Of a stretch of DNA of 64,000 nucleotides, positions 18,973 through 29,675 are shown piece by piece (within the stretch, counting starts at the first letter, position 1; every line of letters starts with the position of its first letter). The notes under the pieces are model-generated. The model saw only the letters and a list, made by a program, of their open reading frames with translations, was not told the DNA's origin and did no database searches. Source of the DNA: an uncultured Clostridia bacterium (GTDB lineage: Bacteria > Bacillota > Clostridia > TANB77 > CAG-508); assembly GCA_947631785.1 (NCBI GenBank), contig CANRMR010000003.1, forward strand, positions 4,346 through 68,345, read 5' to 3'. Both the position numbers and the translations under genes were made by a program.

Positions 18973-21057
18973 TTATTCTTCTTTTTTAGCTCTTGATGCA
19001 ACAATTGTTTCTAATATTGATTTTGGAACTTCTTCATAATGAGATGGTTCCATTGAATATGTTCCTCTACCTTGTGTTTTTGAACGTAAATCTGTTGCAT
19101 ATCCAAACATTTCTGATAATGGAATAAATGCATGTATTTCTTGCATTCCATCGGTTGAATCCATACCTTCCATTTTTCCACGTCTAGAGTTAACGTCACC
19201 GATAACATCTCCCATGTATTCTTCTGGAACAGTAATTTCTACTTTCATTATAGGCTCTAAAATAACAGATTTTGCTCTTTTACATCCTTCTTTAAATGCC
19301 ATAGATCCTGCAATTTTAAATGCCATTTCTGAAGAGTCTACATCATGGTATGATCCATCTACTAATGTAGCTTTAAAATCGATAACAGGATATCCAGCAA
19401 GTACACCACTTTCTGCTGCCTCACGAATACCTTCTTCTGTTGGTTTAATATATTCTTTTGGAACAACACCACCAACAATTTTATTTTCGAATTGAATTCC
19501 TGAACCTGGCTCTAATGGTTCCATTTCTAACCAAACATGTCCATATTGTCCACGTCCACCAGATTGACGAATGAATTTTCCTTCTACTCTTACACTCTCT
19601 CTAATTGTTTCTTTATAAGAAACTTGAGGTTTACCTACATTACATTCTACTTTAAATTCTCTTTTTAATCTGTCTACAATTATGTCTAGGTGTAATTCAC
19701 CCATACCTGCAATAATTGTTTGACCTGTTTCTTGGTTTGTGTATGCTTTAAATGTTGGATCTTCTTCTGCAAGTTTTGAAAGTGCAATTCCCATTTTTTC
19801 TTGATTTGCCTTATCTTTTGGTTCAATAGCAATATCAATAACTGGTTCTGGGAATTCCATAGACTCAAGTACAATTGGATGATTTGGATCACATAAAGTA
19901 TTACCAGTTGTAACATCTTTTAAACCTACAGCTGCTGCAATATCTCCTGAATATACTTTATCTATATCTTCTCTGTGATTTGCATGCATTTGAAGAATTC
20001 TTCCAACTCTTTCTTTTTTATCTTTGCTAGAATTTAAAACTGTAGTTCCTGATTCCAATGTACCAGAATATACTCTAAAGAAACATAGTTTTCCAACAAA
20101 TGGATCTGTTGCAATTTTAAATGCAAGTGCTGCAAATGGTTCTGAATCTGAAGTTTTTGCCTCTGTTTCTTCACCGTCTAATGTTTCTCCTTTAATATGA
20201 GGTATATCTAATGGTGATGGCATATAATCAATAATTGCATTTAACAATTCTTGAACACCTTTATTTTTATAAGAAGAACCACATGTAACAGGTACAATAT
20301 TATTTGCAATTGTTCCTATTCTAATTCCTTTTTTAATTTCTTCCTCTGTTAGTTCTTCTCCATCTAAATATTTCATCATTAATTCTTCATCTTGTTCTGC
20401 TGCAGCCTCTATCATTTGAGTTCTAAATTTTTCTGCATCAGCTTTCATATCTTCTGGAATTTCAGTCTCTTCAATTTCTTTTCCAAGGTCATCTTTATGA
20501 ATAAATGCTTTCATTTTAATTAAATCAACAATACCTTGGAAATTATCTTCTGCACCAATTGGTAATTGTACTGGAACAGGATTTGCTTTAAGTCTTGTTT
20601 TTAATTGTTCAACACAAAGCATAAAGTTTGCTCCTGTAATATCCATTTTATTTACATATACCATTCTTGGAACATGATATTTATCTGCTTGTCTCCAAAC
20701 AGTTTCTGTTTGTGGTTGAACTCCACCTTTTGCAGCAAGTACTGTTACAGCTCCATCAAGAACCTTTAAAGATCTTTGAACTTCAACTGTAAAATCAACG
20801 TGACCTGGAGTATCAATAATATTAATTCTATTATCATTCCAAAAACAAGTAGTACAAGCAGATGTAATTGTAATACCTCTTTCTTGTTCTTGAGCCATCC
20901 AGTCCATTGTAGCTGCACCTTCGTGAACTTCACCAATTTTATGTGTTTTACCTGTGTAGAATAATATTCTCTCTGTTGTTGTTGTTTTACCTGCATCAAT
21001 ATGAGCCATTATTCCTATATTTCTTGTTCTTTCAAGTGGATACGCTCTTCCTGACAT
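18973..21057 (-). CDS. fusA: Elongation factor G
   Basis: [17 protein letters not shown] and NKMD motifs; 694 aa; between rpsG and tuf. Confidence 0.98.
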   Translation of the reverse strand: MSGRAYPLERTRNIGIMAHIDAGKTTTTERILFYTGKTHKIGEVHEGAATMDWMAQEQERGITITSACTTCFWNDNRINIIDTPGHVDFTVEVQRSLKVLDGAVTVLAAKGGVQPQTETVWRQADKYHVPRMVYVNKMDITGANFMLCVEQLKTRLKANPVPVQLPIGAEDNFQGIVDLIKMKAFIHKDDLGKEIEETEIPEDMKADAEKFRTQMIEAAAEQDEELMMKYLDGEELTEEEIKKGIRIGTIANNIVPVTCGSSYKNKGVQELLNAIIDYMPSPLDIPHIKGETLDGEETEAKTSDSEPFAALAFKIATDPFVGKLCFFRVYSGTLESGTTVLNSSKDKKERVGRILQMHANHREDIDKVYSGDIAAAVGLKDVTTGNTLCDPNHPIVLESMEFPEPVIDIAIEPKDKANQEKMGIALSKLAEEDPTFKAYTNQETGQTIIAGMGELHLDIIVDRLKREFKVECNVGKPQVSYKETIRESVRVEGKFIRQSGGRGQYGHVWLEMEPLEPGSGIQFENKIVGGVVPKEYIKPTEEGIREAAESGVLAGYPVIDFKATLVDGSYHDVDSSEMAFKIAGSMAFKEGCKRAKSVILEPIMKVEITVPEEYMGDVIGDVNSRRGKMEGMDSTDGMQEIHAFIPLSEMFGYATDLRSKTQGRGTYSMEPSHYEEVPKSILETIVASRAKKEE

Positions 21058-21121
21058 TTATCATTTCCTCCTATCTATTCTATATTTATTTTTATCTTTA
21101 ATTCAATTCAAACCTAAATTT

Positions 21122-21247
21122 AAATTAAAATTAGAAGCAAGTATAACTAGGCAGTCAAGGCAAAAAATACCGAAGGCGTACGTTGGTACGTCAAGGATTT
21201 TTTGACCGAAGACTAACGACGTTAGACGAAGCTTATAATTTTAATTT
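21122..21247. repeat. Imperfect palindrome A (r-protein-spacer hairpin family, subfamily A/C/F)
   Basis: Outer arms AAATTAAAATTAGAAGC / GCTTATAATTTTAATTT. Inner motifs CAAGTATAACTAGGCA and CTAACGACGTTAGACG. Apex GCGTAC-GTTG-GTACGT. It ends at the rpsG stop codon. Confidence 0.8.
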
Positions 21248-21717
21248 TACCATTTGTAATGAGCAAAAGCCTTATTAGCCTCAGCCATTCTATGTGTATC
21301 TTCTTTCTTTTTGAAAGCTCCACCATTTGAGTTTATAGCATCTATAATTTCACCAGCTAATTTTTCAGCCATAGTTTTTTCATGTCTTTTTCTACTATAA
21401 ATAACAAGCCATCTTAGACCTAAAGTTTGTCTTCTTTCTGGTCTAATCTCTAATGGTACTTGGTATGTTGCACCACCAACTCTTCTTGCTTTAACTTCAA
21501 GAACAGGCATAATATTATTTAATGCTTCTTCAAAAACTTCTAATGGATTTCTTTGTTCTTTTTCCTTTATGATATCAAATGCATCATAAACAATTTTTTG
21601 AGCTACAGATTTTTTACCATCTAACATAATGTTATTAATTAATTTAGTAACAACTTTACTATTATATATTGGATCTGGTAAAACATCTCTTTTGGCTACA
21701 TATCCTTTTCTTGGCAC
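21247..21717 (-). CDS. rpsG: 30S ribosomal protein S7
   Basis: [20 protein letters not shown]...; str-operon synteny. Confidence 0.97.
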   Translation of the reverse strand: MPRKGYVAKRDVLPDPIYNSKVVTKLINNIMLDGKKSVAQKIVYDAFDIIKEKEQRNPLEVFEEALNNIMPVLEVKARRVGGATYQVPLEIRPERRQTLGLRWLVIYSRKRHEKTMAEKLAGEIIDAINSNGGAFKKKEDTHRMAEANKAFAHYKW

Positions 21718-21798
21718 TATTCTTCCCTCCTTAAATTTTATATTGATACTATTTTTTAAGTATCATAGGTACTCTGAAAAGTATTTTACTTTTCCGTA

Positions 21799-21860
21799 TA
21801 GTGCTATAATAATCTATCCTAAATTTAAGTCCCTTAAATTAGTAAGTATTATCAGCACTA
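21799..21860. repeat. 62-nt hairpin in the rpsL-rpsG spacer
   Basis: Outer stem TAGTGCTATAAT/ATTATCAGCACTA enclosing CTAAATTTAAG/CTTAAATTAG. Confidence 0.5.
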
Positions 21861-21913
21861 ATCAAAATTTTAAAACATTGAATTTAAATTTTAATTCGAA
21901 CTCGCAATTGCAT

Positions 21914-22042
21914 GGTTGTTCAAAGCAAAAGTGGTATATTGCTAGGAAAACAAGCAAAAAAACTTGAGATAGTACGTTTGTACATCGAAAGTTTTTGTGC
22001 GACGTTTGACAACGCAAGATGCCGCTTTTCATTTGAACAACC
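21914..22042. repeat. Imperfect palindrome B (subfamily B/E/H)
   Basis: Outer arms GGTTGTTCAAA / TTTGAACAACC. Inner motifs TGGTATATTGCTAGG and CGCAAGATGCCG. Apex GTAC-GTTT-GTAC. It abuts the rpsL stop (22042..22044). Confidence 0.8.
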
Positions 22043-22455
22043 TATTTTTTAGGTCTTTTCGCTCCATACTTAGACCTCGCTTGCATTCTGTCTTTTACTC
22101 CTGCTGTATCTAAAGTTCCTCTAATTATATGATATCTAACACCTGGTAAATCTTTTACCCTACCACCTCTAATTAGAACAACACTATGCTCTTGCAAATT
22201 GTGTCCAATACCTGGGATATATGATGTTACTTCATATCCATTAGAAAGTCTAACTCTGGCAACTTTTCTTAATGCTGAATTTGGTTTTTTAGGAGTTACA
22301 GTTTTTACAACAGTACATACACCTCTTTTTTGTGGTGATCTATTATCTGTTAATCTTTTTTTTCTAGAATTATATCCATGTTGTAAAGCAGGTGCTGTTG
22401 ATTTTGTTGTACTACTTTTTCTTCCTTTTCTTACTAATTGATTAATTGTTGGCAC
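22042..22455 (-). CDS. rpsL: 30S ribosomal protein S12
   Basis: [11 protein letters not shown]...[10 protein letters not shown]; GTG start at 22455 preceded by AGGAGGTG. Confidence 0.97.
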   Translation of the reverse strand: MPTINQLVRKGRKSSTTKSTAPALQHGYNSRKKRLTDNRSPQKRGVCTVVKTVTPKKPNSALRKVARVRLSNGYEVTSYIPGIGHNLQEHSVVLIRGGRVKDLPGVRYHIIRGTLDTAGVKDRMQARSKYGAKRPKK

Positions 22456-22483
22456 TTAAATTTCACCTCCTATATAAATTAAA

Positions 22484-22516
22484 ATACCGTTATGGAACAA
22501 ATTTCCATAACGGTAT
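22484..22516 (-). terminator. 14-bp hairpin between the coiled-coil gene and rpsL
   Basis: ATACCGTTATGGAA/TTCCATAACGGTAT, followed on the minus strand by TTTAATTT. Confidence 0.5.
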
Positions 22517-22517
22517 A

Positions 22518-22546
22518 ATTTTATCATGTTTTATTATATATGTCAA
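22518..22546 (-). promoter_or_regulatory. Candidate sigma-A promoter of rpsL
   Basis: Minus strand TTGACA (22546..22541), 17 nt, TAAAAT (22523..22518). The predicted start falls inside the hairpin arm. Confidence 0.45.
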
Positions 22547-22571
22547 TGCTTTTGGCTATTTTTTATTATAA

Positions 22572-24548
22572 TTATCTATCTATCCCTTTTCCTTTATTAT
22601 TTATTGCACCTAAACATCTTTCATTCCAATCATCTTTATCTTTATCTTCTCCGCTCATCAATTTTGCAACTGTTTTATTTAATTCTTCTTGATTTATGTC
22701 TTCACTATATTTTTTTAGAACATTTTTCTTTTCGTCTTTTTCATTTTCCACATTAGCATAATTTTCGGAATTATTATTCTTATTAAATATATTTTTAACT
22801 TTCCTTATAATTCTACTAAATATATTATTACTTAATATTTCACCCTCCACTTTAGCATTAATTAATGATTTTGCGTATTTTGCATACTTAGAAATTTTTG
22901 CAACTGTATTTTCATCTGCTTGTGTTAGATCATATTCTATAGACATCTTATCGTTTTTTTGACTATTTTCATTATAATAAAACATTTCAATATATTCACT
23001 TAGCAATTGAGGTTTGTATCGTAATAAATAACATATAGATGGATCTAATTTTCTTTTAAAATTCCACAATTTAAATTTACTCCATGGCTTGTCAAATTCA
23101 GCTTTCTTTATATTGAATAGCTTATCTAACCATTTATTTATATGTAACCCATCATCAATTCTTAAGTTATTTATAATTTCATCTATTCTTCCATCCTTGA
23201 ACATTTTTTTCTTTTCTTTAAGATTTATTTTTACATTTTTTGAATCTTTTAATTCTTTTCCTGTATATAATTTTGTAGCATTTTCTTTTGCATCTACAAC
23301 TATTCTTATTTTTTCATCATTTTTCTTAATTGGTAATGTTTTTTCTTCTTTCTTTTTTGTTGGATTAATAATACTGTTTATACTATTTTTTGGATTTATT
23401 GTTATTTGTGAATTATTGCTGTTTTCATTTTCTGTTCCTTCTGCAATTTGCTTTGCTAATTCTTCATCATCTTGCTCTTGTTCATCTTTTACTTCTTGTT
23501 CGTATTTTTCTTGTTCTTTTCTTTCCTTAGCCTTCTCATTTGCTATTCCTTCTGCAATTTGCTCTTCTTCTCTTTTAGCTTGTGCTTCTTCTCTTCCCTT
23601 TGCCATTTGATTTGCTAATTCTTCTTCATCTTGCTTTTTTGCATCTTCTGCTTCTTTTTCATATTTTTCTTGTTCTTTTCTTTCCTTAGCCTTTTCATTT
23701 GCTATTCCTTCTGCAATTTGCTTTTCTTCTCTTTCTTTTTGAGCATTTTCTCTTCCCTCTGCCATTTGATTTGCTAATTCTTCATCATCTTGCTCTTGTT
23801 CATCTTTTACCTTAGATTTAATTTGTTTATCAATTTCGCCTATTTTAATTTTGAATCTTTTGTAATTTTTTGTTGCATTATTAAACTTTCTTTTTGCTTT
23901 ATTTTCTATATCTTTATTTTCTAATTCAAGTTCATTAATTGTCTCATTTATTTCATTTATTTTATATCTTAATTCTTCCTGTGATGATGTATTTTTGTTG
24001 TTTCCTACTTGATTCATTAATAAGATCTTTTCATTTATTGTATCTATTTTTCTATTTAATCTTTCTATTTTACTATTGTTTGCATTTATTTTTTTATCAT
24101 TTTCTTTATTATGATTTGTTACAAATTCATTATATCTATTATCTATATCCTTATTAACTGTTTCAATTTCTTTAATCTTTTCTTTAATAAATATGTTCTT
24201 TTTTTCATTTATTTTTTGTACTTCTTCTTGTATTTCTTTGTTTTCTCTTTCAATTTTATCTATTGCTAAATCATTGTTTACTATTTTTGTAGTATTATTT
24301 TCTAATAAATTTTTTAATAATTTCTTATTGTTTGCTGATTTTTCAATTCTTCCACTTTCATTACTATATTTATATTTAATAGCTTGGTTTCTTAATTCTT
24401 CATTTTCAGCATTTATTCTTTTTATCTCTTCATTATTTTGATTAATTTTTATTTCACAGTTTTCTATATTTCTTTCAAAATCTTCTATCTGTTTTAAAAC
24501 TTTTTCCTGTATACCTTCTAGTATATTATTTAATTCATTTTCTTCCAT
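22572..24548 (-). CDS. 658-aa K/E/N-rich coiled-coil protein with internal tandem repeats, function unknown
   Basis: Start moved to ATG 24548 (MEENELNN), which has TGGAGG 6 nt upstream. Long heptad-like stretches, with a non-repetitive C-terminal ~230 aa. Confidence 0.6.
   Translation of the reverse strand: MEENELNNILEGIQEKVLKQIEDFERNIENCEIKINQNNEEIKRINAENEELRNQAIKYKYSNESGRIEKSANNKKLLKNLLENNTTKIVNNDLAIDKIERENKEIQEEVQKINEKKNIFIKEKIKEIETVNKDIDNRYNEFVTNHNKENDKKINANNSKIERLNRKIDTINEKILLMNQVGNNKNTSSQEELRYKINEINETINELELENKDIENKAKRKFNNATKNYKRFKIKIGEIDKQIKSKVKDEQEQDDEELANQMAEGRENAQKEREEKQIAEGIANEKAKERKEQEKYEKEAEDAKKQDEEELANQMAKGREEAQAKREEEQIAEGIANEKAKERKEQEKYEQEVKDEQEQDDEELAKQIAEGTENENSNNSQITINPKNSINSIINPTKKKEEKTLPIKKNDEKIRIVVDAKENATKLYTGKELKDSKNVKINLKEKKKMFKDGRIDEIINNLRIDDGLHINKWLDKLFNIKKAEFDKPWSKFKLWNFKRKLDPSICYLLRYKPQLLSEYIEMFYYNENSQKNDKMSIEYDLTQADENTVAKISKYAKYAKSLINAKVEGEILSNNIFSRIIRKVKNIFNKNNNSENYANVENEKDEKKNVLKKYSEDINQEELNKTVAKLMSGEDKDKDDWNERCLGAINNKGKGIDR
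23436..23810. repeat. Intragenic 159-bp (53-aa) tandem repeat, ~2.3 units
   Basis: GCTAATTCTTC recurs at 23455, 23614 and 23773 (period 159). Protein repeat: DEEELANQMA.GRE.AQ..REE.QIAEGIANEKAKERKEQEKYE.E. Confidence 0.85.
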
Positions 24549-24629
24549 ATTATACCTCCATTTTTTCCTACTTCTTATTTTAACATAATAAGTTACATTT
24601 TGCAAGTTTTTTTACATAATTTGATTATT

Positions 24630-25532
24630 TTAGATTATTTTGTATATATATTCTACAATTTTTGCATAATTATTTATGGTTAATTTTTCTCCTCTTATGT
24701 CTAGTGGTATATTTAGATAATTTAAACATTTTATTATATCTTCCTTGTTTGCAAATATATTAGAATTTGATAACGCATTTATTAGTGTTTTTCTTCTTTG
24801 CATAAAAGCTATTTTTATTATTTTAAACATTAGCTCTTCATCTATTACATCAATTGGAGGTTTATTTCTTATTTCTAACTTAATAATTTCGGATGTTACA
24901 TTTGGTTTTGGTATAAAAAAATCATTAGGTACTTCTAAAATTTCTTTTGCTTGCGAATAATAGTATATAGAATATGTAATTGCACCTGTGTTTTTGCCTC
25001 CTGGCACTTCACATAATCTTTTAGCTACTTCCTTTTGTATCATTACAGTTATACTTTGTATTTCAAGTTTTTCTTCTAATAATCTCATAATAATTGGAGT
25101 AGTAATATAATATGGTAAGTTTGCAACTACTTTTATATTATTTATACCCTTTATTTTTTTTTGATTACTAATAATTTCCCTTAAATTAATCTTTAAAATA
25201 TCATCATTAATAATTTCAAAATTATCATACATAAAAAATCTATCTTTTAAAATTTTTACCATTTTACTGTCTAATTCAACTGCTATAACCTTTCCTGCTT
25301 TTGTTATTAGCTCTTTAGTTAGGTTGCCTAAGCCTGGACCTATTTCTATTATTAAATCATCTTTAGACACATTAGATTCATCTACTATGGTATTTATTAC
25401 ATTTTCATTTATCATAAAATTTTGTCCTAAATTTTTATTTGCAGTTAAATTATATTTTTTCATTAAATAACACGTTTCTTCATATAAATTCATAAATATT
25501 ATTCCTCTCATTAATTTTGTTTTATTATACAT
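24630..25532 (-). CDS. rsmA: 16S rRNA (adenine1518/1519-N6)-dimethyltransferase RsmA/KsgA
   Basis: LGQNFMIN and EIGPGLGNLT SAM-binding motifs. The true start is probably an internal Met (25511 or 25493). Confidence 0.9.
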   Translation of the reverse strand: MYNKTKLMRGIIFMNLYEETCYLMKKYNLTANKNLGQNFMINENVINTIVDESNVSKDDLIIEIGPGLGNLTKELITKAGKVIAVELDSKMVKILKDRFFMYDNFEIINDDILKINLREIISNQKKIKGINNIKVVANLPYYITTPIIMRLLEEKLEIQSITVMIQKEVAKRLCEVPGGKNTGAITYSIYYYSQAKEILEVPNDFFIPKPNVTSEIIKLEIRNKPPIDVIDEELMFKIIKIAFMQRRKTLINALSNSNIFANKEDIIKCLNYLNIPLDIRGEKLTINNYAKIVEYIYKII

Positions 25533-25645
25533 TGTTTTTTTTAATTTTTAAATACCTAAACTTAAATATTTTTTATCTTTACAAAATCAAATTCTTTATG
25601 ATAAAATATTTAAAATTAAATTAATATAAAAAGTTTGGTGAACCT

Positions 25646-27868
25646 ATGAAAAAAAATATAAATTTTAGAAAAAAAGAAAAAAAATTTGTAGATAAACCTA
25701 TTCCTGTAAAAAGGTTACGTGCTGTTATGTTTGCTATTTTTATTTTACTTATCCTTTTAATTATTAGGATTTTTTTCTTACAGTTTGTTGAAGGTTCTAC
25801 TTTAAAGGAAAAAGCGAATAGACAGCAAACTATAAATAAAATAATAAGCCCAAAAAGAGGAACTATTTACGATACAACTGGAAAAGCGCTTGCAATTAGT
25901 GCATCTGTTGACACTGTTTCTATTAACCCTATTAAAATTGAAGAAGAAGATAAAGAAAAAGTAGCAAAAGCTTTGTCTGATATATTCGAATTAAATTATG
26001 AAGAAACTTTAGATAAGGTAAATAGTACATCTTCTGTCCAAACAATAGTAAAAAAGGTAGAAAAGGATAAAATTGATATACTTAAGTCTTGGATGGAAGA
26101 AAATGAAATTACTGCTGGAATTAATATTGATGAAGATAGTAAAAGGTATTATCCTTATGATTCTTTAGCATCACATGTTATTGGATTTACAGGTACAGAT
26201 AATCAAGGTCTTTATGGCGTAGAACTTGCATGGGATGACATTTTAACTGGTACTGCTGGCAAAATTGTAACAACAGGTGATGTTAATCATGATGAAATTT
26301 CTAAAAATGCAAATCAATATGTTGAAGTAGAAGATGGTAGCGATTTGTATTTAACAATTGATGTAAATATACAAAGCATTATAGAAAGATATTTAGAAGA
26401 AGCTGTAGTTGAAAATCAAGCAGAATCTGCTGGTGCTATTATTATGAACCCTAAAAATGGAGATATTTTAGCTATGGCAAGCTATCCTAATTATAATTTA
26501 AATACACCTTTTGAACCTAACACTGATGCACTAAAAACAAAATGGGATAGTTTGAGTTCTGCTGAAAAAAATATTGAGCTTGGAAAGATGTGGAAAGATA
26601 AAAACTTTTCTTCTACCTATGAACCTGGCTCTACCTTTAAAATACTAATGTCATCTATTGCTTTAGAAGAAAATATAACTAAAACGGATATTGCAGGAGA
26701 TTTTAATTGTATAGGATATCAAGATGTTGCAGGAACCCAGATACATTGCTGGAAAACATCTTCTCATGGATATGAATCATTAAGAGATGCTTTATCAAAT
26801 TCTTGTAATCCTGCATTTATGCAACTAGGAGCTAGAATTGGAAAAGAAACTTTATATCGTTATTTTGAAGCATTTGGTCTTTTTGAAAAAACTGGTATTG
26901 CAATTTCAGGAGAGTCTTCTAGCGCATTCCATGATCTTGAAGATGTTGGTCCTGTTGAGCTTGCAACAATATCTTTTGGTCAAAGATTTGAAATTACACC
27001 ACTTCAATTAATTACTGCTGTATCTTCAGTTGCAAATGATGGAATTTTAGTTACTCCTAGAATTGTAAAGCAAATTAATAATCCAAATACACAAACTACA
27101 GAAAAAGTTGAAACAAAAGAAGTAAGGCAAGTAATTTCTAAGGAAACTGCAGCAAAAGTTAGAAATATGATGGAAACTGTTGTAAGTGAGGGAACTGGTA
27201 AATATGGCGCTGTTTCTGGTTACTCTATTGGTGGAAAGACTGGTACATCTGAGCCTGTTTCTGGAAAAAAAGAACAAGGAAATATTGTATCTTTTGTAGC
27301 TATATCTCCTGTGGAAAATCCAGAAATTGTAGCATTAATTGCAGTATATAATCCTGGTGGTTCAAATCCAGAAGGTAGCAAAATTGCAGCACCTACTATG
27401 TCTAAAATTTTATCTGAGGTTTTGCCTTATATTGGAATGACATCTGATACTGTAAATTCTAATGTACTTACATTAAATAATAGCATTACACCTTCATATA
27501 TCAGTATTCCTAATGTAATTAACAAGACTGTAACAGAAGCTGAAAAAATGCTTTCAGATGCAGGTTTAAAATCTGTTATTTCTACATCTGAAGATAAAAA
27601 TGCTACTATTGTAAAAGAGCAATATCCAACAGCTGGCACAGAAGTTCTTAACAATTCGTCTGTTTTATTATATACTGAACAAAATAATATTCGTACTTCT
27701 GTAACTATTCCAGATTTAATAGGGCTTAACCTATCTAGTGCAAGAAGTAAGTTAAATGAAAAGAACTTAAATATTACATATGAAGGATCTGGCAGTGTTA
27801 CAAGTCAAAGTATTGAAAAAGATACTACTGTCGAAGAAGGTACGATTATACATGTAGTATTAGAATAA
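25646..27868 (+). CDS. Class B penicillin-binding protein with C-terminal PASTA repeats (FtsI/SpoVD-like)
   Basis: N-terminal TM helix; STFK, SCN and KTGT motifs; two PASTA-like repeats at the C-terminus. Confidence 0.85.
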   Translation: MKKNINFRKKEKKFVDKPIPVKRLRAVMFAIFILLILLIIRIFFLQFVEGSTLKEKANRQQTINKIISPKRGTIYDTTGKALAISASVDTVSINPIKIEEEDKEKVAKALSDIFELNYEETLDKVNSTSSVQTIVKKVEKDKIDILKSWMEENEITAGINIDEDSKRYYPYDSLASHVIGFTGTDNQGLYGVELAWDDILTGTAGKIVTTGDVNHDEISKNANQYVEVEDGSDLYLTIDVNIQSIIERYLEEAVVENQAESAGAIIMNPKNGDILAMASYPNYNLNTPFEPNTDALKTKWDSLSSAEKNIELGKMWKDKNFSSTYEPGSTFKILMSSIALEENITKTDIAGDFNCIGYQDVAGTQIHCWKTSSHGYESLRDALSNSCNPAFMQLGARIGKETLYRYFEAFGLFEKTGIAISGESSSAFHDLEDVGPVELATISFGQRFEITPLQLITAVSSVANDGILVTPRIVKQINNPNTQTTEKVETKEVRQVISKETAAKVRNMMETVVSEGTGKYGAVSGYSIGGKTGTSEPVSGKKEQGNIVSFVAISPVENPEIVALIAVYNPGGSNPEGSKIAAPTMSKILSEVLPYIGMTSDTVNSNVLTLNNSITPSYISIPNVINKTVTEAEKMLSDAGLKSVISTSEDKNATIVKEQYPTAGTEVLNNSSVLLYTEQNNIRTSVTIPDLIGLNLSSARSKLNEKNLNITYEGSGSVTSQSIEKDTTVEEGTIIHVVLE

Positions 27869-27928
27869 AAACAACATTACTAATAATCATTTATCATTAT
27901 TTATAATATAAAAAGGAAGGTAAACAAA

Positions 27929-28426
27929 ATGTTTGAAAATATTATTGTAAAATATATAGTGACTTTATTAATTAGTATGACACCTATTATTGAACTAAGA
28001 GGTGCAATTCCAATTGCTGTTGGAGCATTTCATTTATCCTATATTGAAGCATTTTTAATTAGTTTAATTGGAAATATTATTCCTATTTTCTTTATTGTAA
28101 AATATATACGTCCATTATTTGATTTTTTTGGAAGATTTAAGCCATTTAAAAAGATTATTGATTGGGCATCTGAAAGAGCTACAAAAAAAATAGCAGAAAG
28201 CGAAAAACTTCAAAATTTTACTGCTATTGGATTATTTCTTTTTGTAGCTGTTCCACTACCTGGTACAGGTGCATGGGTTGGTTCTTTAATTGCAAACTTT
28301 TTAGATTTGCCACTTAAAAAAGCTTTTTTCCCACTTGCTGCTGGTGTACTTACTGCAGGTATTATAATTTTAGCAGGTACTGCTGCAGCTAATGGTGGTA
28401 TTTCTTACTTAATGCAACATATATAG
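27929..28426 (+). CDS. Small multidrug-export-like membrane protein (COG2426 type)
   Basis: 165 aa, 4-5 TM helices, PIIELRGAIPIA motif near the N-terminus. Confidence 0.55.
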   Translation: MFENIIVKYIVTLLISMTPIIELRGAIPIAVGAFHLSYIEAFLISLIGNIIPIFFIVKYIRPLFDFFGRFKPFKKIIDWASERATKKIAESEKLQNFTAIGLFLFVAVPLPGTGAWVGSLIANFLDLPLKKAFFPLAAGVLTAGIIILAGTAAANGGISYLMQHI

Positions 28427-28432
28427 TAATAA

Positions 28433-28477
28433 GGACTTTAAAATATTATTTTTTAATATTTTAAAGTCCCTTTATTT
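28433..28477 (+). terminator. Rho-independent terminator
   Basis: 15-bp stem GGACTTTAAAATATT/AATATTTTAAAGTCC followed by CTTTATTT. Confidence 0.7.
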
Positions 28478-28531
28478 GCTTCATTTTCTTATATCCCATA
28501 TATATAAATAACATGTGGCAAAGTCACTTTT

Positions 28532-29659
28532 TTATTTACTAGAAGTTAAAGTTTTATATTCTAAATAATCTTCTACTGCAAGCTTAATTATTGTTGCAAT
28601 TGGTACTGCTAAAAACATGCCTAATATTCCAAAATATGCTCCTGCAATAGTAACAGAAAATATTACTAAAATTGGACTAATTTTTAATTTATCACCTAAA
28701 ATTTTAGGATTTATAATATTTGCATCTATTTGTTGCAAAATAATTACTATTATTGCAAGCCAAATTGCTTTTGGAACTCCTCCTGTAAATATTGTAATAA
28801 TTACAGATGTTGAAACACCAACGATTGCACCCAAATATGGAATTAAGTTAGATATTCCAATTAACACTCCTAGTAATACAGCATATTTTACTCCTAAAAT
28901 AAGCATTGCAATACTTGTTAAAAATCCAATAACAACTGCATCTAGCAACTGTCCAGATAAAAATTTAAAAAATACCGCATTTGTTCTTTCAAAATACATT
29001 GCTATATTATCATAAGTTTTTTCTTTAAATAATGCTTTACATGCTTTTTTAATAAAATTTAATATTTGATTTCTTTCTGCTAATACATATATTGATATTA
29101 TAAATGTTACAAACACATCAAAAATAGTATTCGCAGCACTAAATACTCCTTTTATATATTCTACAATTTTATTTTCATCTATATACTGTGCTATATTTAT
29201 ATTTTGTATTTTTTCTATTATTTCTTTCGCGTTTATTTTATTCCAAATAGAATCTTCTGGCATATTTTCTAAACTATCCTTTGCGGATTTATAATAATTT
29301 GGTAGATTATTAATTAAATCTCCAACATTTTTTGAAACTGTTGGTACCACAAATTGAATTAAAATTGCAATTATCAAAATTGCAACTACATATACAATTA
29401 GTATAGATAATGTTCTACTTGATTTTTTTATCCATTTGTTGTTAATTTTTTGCAATGCTTTTTCTACCTTTTTGCATGGTAAATATAATATATATGCAAC
29501 AAATACACCCATTATAAATGGCATAAGTATTGAAAATAATTGTTTAAACCAATTTGTTATTTCTGAAAAGTTATCTAGGGTTTTATATACTACAATTACA
29601 GCTACTGCAAATATGAACCAGTATAATCTTTTTCCCCATGTTCCATTTTTTTTCTCCAT
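28532..29659 (-). CDS. AI-2E family transporter (PerM/UPF0118)
   Basis: 375 aa, about 8 TM helices, NLIPYLGAIVG motif. Confidence 0.75.
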   Translation of the reverse strand: MEKKNGTWGKRLYWFIFAVAVIVVYKTLDNFSEITNWFKQLFSILMPFIMGVFVAYILYLPCKKVEKALQKINNKWIKKSSRTLSILIVYVVAILIIAILIQFVVPTVSKNVGDLINNLPNYYKSAKDSLENMPEDSIWNKINAKEIIEKIQNINIAQYIDENKIVEYIKGVFSAANTIFDVFVTFIISIYVLAERNQILNFIKKACKALFKEKTYDNIAMYFERTNAVFFKFLSGQLLDAVVIGFLTSIAMLILGVKYAVLLGVLIGISNLIPYLGAIVGVSTSVIITIFTGGVPKAIWLAIIVIILQQIDANIINPKILGDKLKISPILVIFSVTIAGAYFGILGMFLAVPIATIIKLAVEDYLEYKTLTSSK

Positions 29660-29675
29660 CTACTTGCCTCCTTAT

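Noticed and set aside
21629-21967. 112-aa plus-strand ORF in the rpsL-rpsG spacer.
   Set aside because: It runs from the antisense of the rpsG 5' end through the spacer hairpins into palindrome B. It has no RBS and a low-complexity translation.
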